The translations under genes and the position numbers were made by a program. From IMG/VR virus record IMGVR_UViG_3300044701_002789, positions 124,001 to 188,000 of that record: a DNA stretch of 64,000 nt; one strand, 5' to 3'. Shown one piece after another: positions 1 to 12,600 of the stretch. Within the stretch, counting starts at the first letter, position 1. Each line of letters opens with the position of its first letter. Below the pieces are notes generated by a model that saw nothing but the letters and a program-made list of their open reading frames with translations, was not told where the DNA came from and searched no databases.

Positions 1-679
1 CAGGACCCAAATTAGATCCTCTGTCAACGATTGTTACAATTTTTAATTGTCCACTTGTTTTCGCATTTAATTTTATGGGTGAACTGGAAGTATCTTCTCC
101 CCAATTTTTCGGGACAGGAATAAAATTAATACTATCAAATTTAATTATATCACTAGGAGGTATCGTGAATAAGTATTTCCATACATAACCATCACCACTA
201 TCACCCGCAGATCTTGGTTCTAAATCTGAAAATGTTGGTTCATCTAAAGATGGTCTTCCTTCCGGATTTTCCGGATCTGTTCCGTTATGTAAACATATAT
301 AAACCTTGTACTCACTATTAATTACATAAAAATTTGAATTATATAAATTTGTAGACTGTGAAGGTAAAGATAATTTTGTTCTACTGATATCATGACGATA
401 CATGTCATAAGTTATACCAGATTCCCACGTTATTTTTCTTACAACCAAACTAACATCACTAGGTTTTATTTTTTTCAATGCGATCATTGAATCCCAATAA
501 TCATTCTCTTGATCAAAATTGTCTTTTGGTGATGGTGGAGTTGCATCCCAATTTTCATCATAATCGGTAGCATTTGGAAGACCGATAAAAGTATAATATG
601 ATCTATCAGTAGATATTAAATTTGAAACAAAATTTTTCGCATTTAATATCCTTAATTGGTCAGTTATAATTGCAGACAT
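1..679 (-). CDS. gp8: Baseplate wedge subunit gp8 (runs off window start)
   Basis: Translated by hand from ATG at 679: MSAIITDQLRILNAKNFV...WESGITYDMYRHD...YKVYICLHNG...DGYVWKYLFTI, typical of T4-like gp8; follows gp6 and gp7-position gene. Confidence 0.85.
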   Translation of the reverse strand, partial: MSAIITDQLRILNAKNFVSNLISTDRSYYTFIGLPNATDYDENWDATPPSPKDNFDQENDYWDSMIALKKIKPSDVSLVVRKITWESGITYDMYRHDISRTKLSLPSQSTNLYNSNFYVINSEYKVYICLHNGTDPENPEGRPSLDEPTFSDLEPRSAGDSGDGYVWKYLFTIPPSDIIKFDSINFIPVPKNWGEDTSSSPIKLNAKTSGQLKIVTIVDRGSNLGP

Positions 680-698
680 TTTACGGTTTTTTATATAT

Positions 699-3600
699 TT
701 ATGTAGTTGAATACCCGATATATTTTAATCTATTAAATCTTTGGATCACTGGAGAAGTAGATATTCCATTATATCCATAAGATATGAATTCATTTTCGGT
801 TTTTTCAGTTGAAGAAGAAATTCTTCCCCAACTATATTCGCCATAAAAATCACTGAATCCTAATCCGGTCAAATTATTATATGAAGATACTCCAACAATT
901 ACTTTGGCAACATATGTTATTCCAATGCCCGGAACTGATGTTTGTGCGATGGAAACTGAAGCAACTTGATAAGTATTATCTATAAAACTATTTCCTATAG
1001 ATAATACATTTCCCGATAAATCTAAAGATTTTAAACCATTACCGAGATTGGAATTTTTAACTATAAAATAATAACCAGTTTGAATACCACTAATTCCCGT
1101 TGTTGCTATCCCCACTTTTACTATATCAGTATCTCTCAAAACCGAATCTTGAGGAATGAATAAATCAAACACAATACCTGTTAATGCGGCACCAACTGAT
1201 ATTGTTGAAATTCCAGTAATAACACCAAAATCTCCTTCATATGAAATATTATCTAAAATTTCGTATTTTGGAGATGGAGACTCAAAAAGAATTTCTGGTG
1301 GTTGCATTTGATCATAACCAAACCCTCCCGTTGATATTGAAACCGAAGATACAGATCCATTTGTAATAAAAGACTGTGCTTGTGCTCTACCGGTAGTTCC
1401 CAACCCAATTGGATTGCTTATAGAAATTGATGGATCAGTGCTATACCCTATACCACCATCATTAATAATAATAGATGAAATAGTTCCTGAAGATGAAACA
1501 ATTGCTGTTGCTGCGGCAGAAGTCACAGAGTCTTGAGATATTATAATAATTTTATTTTGTGGTTTTTCATTTACCCCGTTATGGAAATATTCTTTTTCAC
1601 TATCAAAGAAAGTCTTAACACTTTCCACAAAAATGATGTCAGTACCTAATCCGACATTTTGAATTATATTTGTTGTTGGATATATGTAAGGTTCATAATA
1701 TACCCTATCTTTTCCGACATAATTTCCATTAATAATCTTATCTTCAGTTTGTTTGCACCATAAAACTGGTCTAAAACGAGTAGACTCTCTATCTATTCCT
1801 TGATCATTATAGAAGTTGGTTTTAGTAGTATCTACGTTAGTTATAGATTCTATAATTCTAGTTTTTTCTTGATATAATGGATCATCACTATTAATTGTTA
1901 GTTCATCCCCAATTTTAACAGTTTCTAAAATATCAAAATTAAATGTATCTACATTACTAGTTCCGGTGTAAAAAATTATTGAACACTTATCTTCTGGTTT
2001 TGGAGATTCTGTAAATTCAATTATACTGCCCCCATTAAAAACATAACCTTCGCCAGGAACTTGTAAAATATCGTTCACAAATACTAATAGTGTTGATTGT
2101 ATATCAATATTAGATCCTTTTTTAGATACTATAGATACTAGATTTCCATCAATTGATATTGGAAATCTTTTTCTAGTGCCATCAAATAAATCTTCAAAAG
2201 AATCTAAAATTTGTAGACCCCCGACAGTCCAAGCAGAGAAACTATCACTAAAAATGGAATCAACAAAAATTTTAAATTCCACAAAATTTGAAGTGGTTGG
2301 TATTCCAGTTTGCCCACCAATATCTATAGTTAAAACATCACCCTTTTTATATCCATATCCAAGGTTCTTGAATTCAAAATCTACAACATTAGATGATTGT
2401 CCTACAATTATATTTACTGTGGCCTCTGTGCCAATACCAATGGATCCAGAATCATTACTATAAACTAAAGGTATATCTGTATATGAATATGGAGGATCAA
2501 AAACAACATCTGGTGGATTAGTGGATGTATAACCAGAACCAGGATTAGTTATAGTTACGCTAACAACTTCTCCGTTAATTATAGAAGCAATTCCAACTAC
2601 TTCAGATTCATAATCTGAAGAATCGGTTTTTAATACTGAAACATTCACTGATGTTTGTATTCCTGGTCTATATCCAGATCCAGTATTGTTTATTAGGATA
2701 GATTGTATAGTTCCACTTGAAGATACAACAGGTTTACCTCCAGCAGAAACTAATGGTTGATATCCAAATCCCTCAGAAGATCCAACAGATAATATAATTC
2801 CACCCTTAGGCAAACTAATTATTCTTGAATCATATGTAGTTGATTCTGGACTATTAACTTTTATGGTAGTTATGCCAGCATTTTCGGTTAAAACGTAAGA
2901 TAATTCTGGATATTGAACGGCACTGTTAACTAAGACTATAGCATTATCTGTTGATATTCCGGTAATATTTGAACTATCATACTTTAATTCAAAAGTAGAT
3001 TTTATGGTATTGAATTCACTAGAAATATCATCTATAATTTTATTATTAATATAAGTATCATCATTAGAATTAGAAATACCAGACCTCAAAAATACTCTAC
3101 CATTGAATCTGGAACTTATTTCTAGTCCAAAATAATCTATTTCATCAAATCTGGCATTGGGGTTTGAAACGGGAACTTTACCAAATGGTGCCTCTGAAAA
3201 ATAAATTTTATTATCAACTATATTATAGTTTCCCTTTACTTTGAATACAGTGGAATTTTTTGGGTGAGAAGAAATTCCTGTTCCCAATAGAGATCTATCT
3301 ACAAGTAAAACATTTTTAATTGGCGAATCTACGGCTCGGATTAACATTATTTCATTATTTACTTTAATTAAATCGCCACCAAATAAATCTTCAGAATCAT
3401 CAACACTAAGATATAAATTTATCCTACTCATAGAAGTTGTTAATCCAGCAGTTGTTGATGTAGAAACAATAGGAGATTGTATTACATTATCAATTGCAAT
3501 CAAAGATTTTTCATTTCTCTTTTTGGAAATGAATTTATGTTCAGTACCAATTCCCAAATTTGTAAAATTCAAAACATCTGGAATGCTTTGTAAAGATTGT

Positions 3601-6600
3601 GACGCAGAAGCAGAAACTCTAACTTTAATATCACTATCCTTTACAATATATAATGTTGTTGGTAATTTATCAGTTACACCTATTCCAGATATAAATGTTG
3701 GCGTAATCTCTATCGCATTTTCGGAGGAAGTATCTGAATTGTTGTATCTATATTCTATTTCTTCGCCAGTAGTGAAGAAATGGTACGACAATAATACAGA
3801 ACTGTCATTAATATTAACGACTTCAGAACTAGATGCATTAAATACCTTCTCAAATATTGTACTTCCTTTATATGTTAGGTTAAATTCTTTTCTAATATCT
3901 AAACTAGTTCCAAAATATTCTCCATATCCAGAACTTAAAGTATAATTATTTAAATCTAAAATATTAGGATTATTATACGCATCATCAAATCTACCAAGAG
4001 ACATTTGGAAGTATGTAACTTTTACGTCAATATTTGGATTTGGAGTAAAAAGTAAATTATATGAATCTGTACCATAAGTATTATCCGCACTATAAACGCC
4101 AATATTTGTATCCGTATTTAATATACCATACTCTGTCACTAAAAGTTCACCACTAATTTCATCTTTTAATGTTATAATTTCGGAAATACTATATTCATTA
4201 TTGGTAAGATCATGAACCAAAGATATGATATATGATGTCTCACAATTATTTGGCATACTTACTGCCACTGAGGGAAAAGGTAAAGAATTTGCTGCAATAA
4301 AAATAGATCCAGATGCTATTGTTCCTTCTCTGAAGTCTAGGTAGGATACAGTATTTGGGGAATCATTTCCTATAGAAATTGCTGATGTGTTAACAACAAA
4401 AGATACTCCAGAACCTACATTTGTTTTTATATCTAATATTAATTCATTATTAGAAATATATGCATTGTAAGTTGCGATACCAACCCCAGAATTTTCTAAT
4501 AACGAAGAAGTATTAAATTGTCCATATTCCAAAACAGAAACATCAACATCATTGTGTAATAGAGTTAGTTCATGAACTTCATAATAGGCATCATTGGGTA
4601 TAGTATCATCATAACTTCTAATATGTACTAATACCTTAGATCCTTTATATGAAGTTGGTATTCCAACAATCTTAGTGGTAACACCATCCGTTACATTTGT
4701 TTGTGTAGTTATTAATGTAGGATCATTTCCGAATGAAGTTTGTCCAATACCAGTGATAGTATTATATAAATCAAAACTTATATAACTTACATCATATGAT
4801 CCAAAATCAAACTTTTTGGGGAAAAATAACAAATTACCAAATGATCCAGACCTTCTAAACTCAAAATATCCAAGATCAGAGATATTTCCTACTACACCAT
4901 ATTGACTCAAATAACCAAATTCATTATTTTGAATTAATGAAACCATTGATGATTGTTTAAAATCTACAAATACCTTATCTCTAATAAAAATAAAATACTT
5001 TTTGTATATATTTTCCAAATCAAAAGAATCAACAACACTGTAAATATCTGATCTTGGATTACTATTGAAAGTGTCCGATAGATCATCTATTACTAGAACT
5101 CTATTTCCAATAGATTCAATATAATCTTGAATAAATTTGCTATTAAAAATTATTTGATCAGTTACTGATTCATTATTAATGGTAATATTATTTTCTTTAA
5201 CCAAATCAAAATCATGATAACAATTTAAATCTACAATTTGGTTAATATGAGAAATGCCCACAAAATCACTTTGGTTTTGTTCAGTTGAAATGCCAGTATA
5301 ATCTGATTTTGAGTCTATAACTAAACTACCAAATTTTTTAAATCCTGATGTGTGATTTAAATTACTTACATATGGATTCCATGTCTCATAATCAATATTT
5401 GATTTTAAGTCATAAGAAAAATATTGATAATAATTACTATCATGTATTCTTTGTGTAGTATTGTTCAAGAATCCAGTTTCCCTTTCCCATCCCTCTTCAC
5501 CCATAAAATTGGAATTTATATTATATACTGAATTAAATGTTGTAACTGATTTAATTTGCGCAACTGAGTTAGACGATGTTCCCTTTAAAATATCACCGGG
5601 GTTAAACTTATCTTTACTGGATATTTTCAATATATTATTGAAAAGATCTATACTCTGTATTTTCCCCTTTGAAGATCCACTTTCAATAGATTCATTAATA
5701 TAAAATTCTTTTTTCTTTGTATTTACTCTAAATGATGGTAAATATTTTTCTGGAATTATTTTACCCGAGGAATTAAATGAATCAAATTGTCCAGGATTAT
5801 CATTACCACTCAAATATTTTGAAATATTATATGTCACAGATCCGCCAGATCCACCAATATTTTTATCAACAGAAGTTATTTCAAATAATTGATAATCATA
5901 ATCAGAAGAATTATATCCTTTACCATCACTACTTATACCAACACTAATATTTTCTATAAAAACTTTATCGCCAATATCAAATGGGAAATCCTGCTCTCTA
6001 CTAAATCCAGGATTTAATATTACAGTTACATTTTTTGTAATGTTATTATAAGAAATGTTTCTTATATCAATACCATTACTATTATTTACTGGTATTATTT
6101 TTGGTATATAATCACTAATGCCTAGTGTATTTTTTATGATAGTTACTTTTCTATTTCTAATATCATAATCTAATTCAAGATCTTCTATAATTTTATTCGT
6201 ATATCCATCAATCAGGATTAATTTTGGAGGTATAGTATAATTTTTACCAGGCAATAAAACTTCCACATTATCTACTAATGAAATATTTTCAACTTCAAAA
6301 AGAAGTGGTTGTATTGAAGTTGGGCGAATTGTAAAATCAGAAGAATAATCAAATGAAACATCTAATTTTTTAGTTTTTAAAATAGAACCTATAGACTTAC
6401 TATTTAATTTTAAAACCGCACCATATCCATTATCGGAAGATATTGATTTTACAAATGGTACGGATTTATAATTAGATCCACCGGAAAATATTTTTATATC
6501 AGATATTTCGCCTGAACAATTTTTAGAATTTGTTGTATAGTAAAGTGATGAATTATTGGTATTATACTCCGATTTTTCTGGATTTCCAATTAAGTTAAAA

Positions 6601-9600
6601 TTAAACGATGTTGTAGATATTCCAACTATAGTGTGATTCCCATTCAATAGACTTTCATTGAATGAAATTTTGTTTGCTTCAATAACATCAGTATCGGAAA
6701 TAATCTCTATATTTTCTTTATCATTGATCTTTAAATTAATTGGTGTTAGATTATAAAAAAGATCACCATCAATATTTTCCGTAGAGTCAATAACTAATCT
6801 TGCATCAGTATCAATGCCAACTTTACCAAATCTTCTAACATTAAAGATTGTATTTTTTTCAGAGGTTTCAAATTCATTGGAAAAATTAGAATCAGTATAT
6901 AATGTAAATTTAAATGCTGAATAGTCAAATGAATTATTTTTAAAGGATAAAGAAGAATCTGATAGATCAAATATAACTTGATTATTTTTAGTTATGTTTA
7001 TTTTTGGATTTATCGGAGATATTGTTCCTGAAGATGAAGACTCTATATTAATGAATGATGGAAAATTTTTAGTTGAATCGTATAATGTAGATGAGAGACC
7101 AATATCATCACTACTTACATTAATTACATAATAAATTTCATTGTTCACCAATCCTAGTGATGGTGAAGATGATGTATAAATTATCTTTTGCCCACTTCTT
7201 AGTCCATGATTTGGCAATCTTATGGTATTATCATCAACATTTACAGCAGACGATAAGAAATTTATAGGATTAATCAATAATCTTCTATTATTTTTATTAT
7301 ATCTTACTTTAAATGTTTCAATGGTCTTTGATTGAATTTTTAAATTTATTTCATCATTTAACAATAAGTTATGACTACCATCTGTAGTAGATGTGACTAT
7401 AGTTTTAGAAACCCTACCTTTGAATATATTTTTATAATTAGTTTTAAAACTATGATTTATACCAGAACCGGAAGAAAGGAAATATAGTGTATTATTATTA
7501 TCAGTAGAAATTCCAATAAGATTTGAACTTATTCTTGAAACATATACCTTAGAATCATTTGGTAGAGAAAATCCATTTATTCCATCTAATGAGACTAATA
7601 TTGAAGATCCATTGTTAGTTGAATAAGTTAATTCATCGCCAGTTTCTAAATTATGCTCCGGCAAATACAATGATTTTGTTGGTATTGAAATAAAAGTTAT
7701 ACCAACACCAGGATTAGAGAAGTATATAGTGCTTGTTATCCCTACTCCAGAAGTAGTTCCAATTCCAATAGTTTCATTTGGATCAAAATATATTTCTTTA
7801 TTGACATCTAAAATGCTTTCTGTAGACAACCCAGATGAATTCAATCTAATTTCAAATTTTCTAGTCTTTTCTGTAAGTATAGATCCAGAAACCGCAGAAT
7901 TAACTCCAACACTATTATCAAATTCCCGAAGAACTTTAATTCTAGAAGAATTTTTATCAATTGCTAATATTTTTACCTTTTCTTGATCAATCTGATATAC
8001 ATCATTTTCTCTTACATTTGGATAGTTGAGATTACCAGATACATTCAAATAAGTTATAATTCCAGTAGTTAGTGTTGATCCAATACCGGTAGTTAATACC
8101 AAATTATTTTGAGTTAATTTTACTAATCCTCTTGCATTAAAGTCATATTTTGAATTAATTGTGACTATATCATTATTAAATAAGTTGTGTGGGGAAGTTG
8201 AAAATGATATAAGTTTTGAATTATTGAATAATATTTCAACATCATCAATAATTTCAGTGGCAGATTCTACCTTTAATAATTTTATACCCTTTATTGAGGA
8301 AACTGAAGCATTAAACCCAAATCCACTAGTATTTGTATCATCTACTATTAGTTTATCTCCAACTTTATAGTCGTAACCGCCAGTAATAATACCAACAGAA
8401 TCTATCTTTCCGCTATTAATTTGCTCAACAATAGAAATTTGTCTTCTATTTTTATCTGAATTTTGTATAAAATTATAATATGTATTTTTATTCAATAATG
8501 AATATGGTTTTGTATTTCTTAACCATTTTTCTTTATTTAAATCAAATTTATTTAAATTTGAATTTATTGAAATATTAAATTTAATAGGATTAGATTTATA
8601 TGTATTACCAATCAAATATGGAAATGCTGGTTTTTTATATTTGTTGAATAGTGATCCTTCTCTGGTCTCAACAAAAGTATTAAAAGTTGAAAAATACGCA
8701 TAAGTTCCATTTGGAAATTCGGGAGTTATGCAATATCTTCCATTATGCTTATCTAAATCACCAGTATTTAAGAATTCGTAATCTTCTATAAAAATTCCCA
8801 ATGGATATAAATCTAAATTCGGTCTATTATCTTTAATCACAAGTTCATATCCAGGTATCATCTGTTTTACAGAACCACCAGTTATAGAGGAATATCCATA
8901 TGGACCATAAATTGGATTTCCATCATATGCCCATCCGATTATAGGGGAATGTGATACAGAATCTGATTCTTTTCCATCAATTAGTTCTAGGTCTTGTGAA
9001 TATATTGTGGATCCATTTATTGTTCTTGTTCCAAATACGGATGATCTAAGTTTTCTTGGTGCATATAGATGTGTATATTCTAAACTAGAATTTTTACCTT
9101 TACCCTCATAAATTACTCCATCATCTGATGTAATAGTATTATTTCTGAATATTCTTTCTACTATATTAATTCTCCAACTTTGAATTGAAGCTTCAAATTT
9201 TGCTCCAATTCCTGGGGGAATTACATCAATTTTTGTTTGGTTATTGTATCCAGCTCCTGAAGATATAATCTTTACTTCAAATAAAACACCAAATTTCACT
9301 ACTGGAGTCAGGATACAACCGGATCCACTTCCAGTTATTTCCAATTTAGGTGTTGAATAATAATTTTTTCCTGGATTTTTTATAATTACATCTACAATTT
9401 TTCCGTCAGAAATTATAGGTTCAACTTGAGCATCAGTTCCAGTTAAAAGTTTAATCTCTGGTTGTTTGGTGTAATTTAAAATCTCATTAGATCCGTAAGA
9501 GTTTCCCCCATCTTCAATAAAAACAGATTCAATTTTTCCACTAAAAATTGGTTGAATTTTAGCCTGATATGTTTGAACTGTTGAATAAGTTCCAACTTTT

Positions 9601-12600
9601 CCAGAAATAGTAACTTCAATTTTTGGATAGTTAAAGATATGTTTTCCTGCTCCTTGAGAGCTTAATTTTACATATTGTCTAGTTTCATAATAGAATGAAG
9701 TTGAAATTCCTAGAGTACTGATACCAATTTGAGATAATTTAAATTCATTATCATTAATTTTAGTGACATAGTAACTTGTAGAACTAGTTAATCCAATTGG
9801 AGATCCTTGAGTTGAATTATATGTAATTATTTCGCCACTTGAATATCCATGATTATTAATTAGTATAGTATCGCTGTATGTATTGATTCCAGTTGGATAA
9901 CAAATTCTTTTTTTGTTTTGATAATTTTTTCCACCATTAACAACTCGTATAGATCCAAGTTTTCTTTTTAAATTTTCTGATGTTAATCTATGATATTTTC
10001 CACCAACATTAGATAGTGGTAATGTGTTTATTCCAGATACAGAATCTTCAAATGATTTGTGTAATTTTATATTTAAATTATCAATAACACTAATATAATA
10101 TATTGAATTAGTAGTTAAACCACTTACTGGAATATTATTCAAAGGTAAATATTTTACTACTTCTCCTGTCCTAAAATTATGATAAGTAGAAAATCCAATG
10201 GTATCTGTTATGACATTAACATTTGAAATGTCAAAATTAACCGAATAATTATAATTTACTAGTTCGGCAACTGCAGATGCTCCAGTTCCGTTTCCTCCGG
10301 CGATTTGTATTTTAGGAACTTCCAAATAATCAAATCCGGGATCAACAATATCAATACGATCCAATGATCCATTAACTGCACAATATGCTTGAGCGCCAAA
10401 TCCAATTGGATCACTAATGATTAAATCTGGTGGATTAATAACATCATAACCACTACCTTCGGATGAAGGAATTATTGATTTTATTTCACCATAAAATATT
10501 TGATCGTTAGATTTATAATTTAATAGTTCAACTCCATTTACTAAAATGCCAATAGTTCCAGGCAAAGTAGTTGAATCGGATTTATCAAAATCTGGAGTTA
10601 TTTTTCTCAGAATATTTTGAGGTTCTAATAGTTTAGTTTCTAAATTTGGAAAATTAAATTTAGTAAATTCTAATTTATTATTTACTACATCTCCACTTAG
10701 TCTCAAGAAGTTTATATTTGTGTAGATATTGTTTCTACTTCTTGATAACTTAATAGTTGTACTATTTACTCGCTTAACAAAATAAATTCCCTTTTCTATA
10801 TTTAATTTATTTGAACCTTCACCCGGTTTATAAATTACGGAATCGCCAGTATAAAAATTATGAGGTCCTATATTAAGTTCTTCAGTATTATTATATGAAC
10901 CAGAAAATACAATAGAATTATCATTTATAGTTAAAGGTTCATAAAGATAATTTGGTAAAGACTGTGAATTTACATATATTTCATTGTTAGCATCTGAATA
11001 TACATTTTGCACATTGGAAGAATATTGATTCAAACTTTTATAGTTTGATGAGTCTACCTTTGATATATTTTTATTTAATATGTATTTTAATGATGGATCT
11101 AATAAATCTTTTATTCTTACTGCTACTGTTTTTTCGTTTATAAAAGAAATAACCAATCCATCAGATTTTTGACCCAATGATGAAGATAATGTAATTGGAT
11201 CGCCTATTTTTAATATATGTTTATCAAATAAAATAACTTCATAATCTTTTTGATTTTCATTATTATCAAGTATTGATACTGAAGATACATCATAAGATAC
11301 TGGAATATTAAAGAACCAGTTTTCTGATCTAACATCATCTAATTCTATACCTAAGGTTTTAACCTCAATTTCATCCCCAATTTTATTGTAATAAGAATTA
11401 TCAATTAAATCTAAATCAGAAATTACACCTACAATTCGTACTGAAATTGTTTCCCCATCAACTATTGAGTATACAAAAGTATTCAATTTTACATCTGTTA
11501 GTAGTGGTATAGATTGTGTTATACCTTCACATTCTAAAAATTGAGTAGATGTTTTTGATTTATATGTGATAATATCACTTGTTTGATTTTCATATTCAAC
11601 TACTAGTTCACCAGATTCTGGGAATCCAATTGTGGAATCTACATCAATATAACTACTGCCTATTTGGGATTCAAAAGTAACTTTTGTTTTAGGGTGAATA
11701 CTAAAATTACCAAAAATTAAATCATAACTATTTTCCTTTGTATTATCTAAACTGATAATATAATAATCTTTACTATCCTTTTGTACTTTTTCTACTTTAG
11801 ATACAATACCTTTTGCAGGATTAATACCTGCAAACTGATCTTGATATAGTGTCCTATTTGCTAATTTTCTTGGATCACCATTGACAGATTCTACTATTAT
11901 ATTCCTAAAGACCCTATACTGTGCGTCTGATGGAATTATCAAATAATCTCTAGGTTTAATAATTTCCACATCAGAACCAAATAATGCTCTGAATAATAAT
12001 TCAAAAGAACAATCTGTTCCTTTTGATGTATAAAACTCCCTAATATTCTTAACAAAAGTAGATTCATTTAAATCCCCAAAAAACTCTATGTTTTGAAATC
12101 CAGGAGCGATTTGGTATTTTATTTTTCTAAAAAACTCTTTTAGGAAAAGTATACTTAGATTTTTAACAATGGAACCAAATATGTGATCATTAGATTCGGA
12201 TTCGCTGAAAGTAAGTTTATCTATTGCATTGATAGATGTATATGAAGTTACACCACTAAATCCCCTTTTGCATCCAATAAATCTACTTCCGACAATTTCA
12301 CATACATATTCAGATTCAAAAGTTTCATCAGAGATAAATGGAATATCAGATAGTATCAATGATAAACCACTTCCAATGGAATCTATTTTTATGATTTTAA
12401 TTATGTTATTGTCTTCATCTTTTATTCTCAACAAACAACCCGCATAGTCGGAAAGAGATCCAATAACATCAATCGGATATACAATATTTGAATTAGTTGG
12501 TATAATGATGTTTATATTTTCTACTTTTTGAAATTCTAATATTTTCTCATAAAAAATTACTTCAGAGTCAATCTGCAACAATCCATTTCTCTTAGGGAAT

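Noticed and set aside
2176-12447. Plus-strand ORFs inside the 4053-aa gene
   Set aside because: Shadow ORFs from codon bias.
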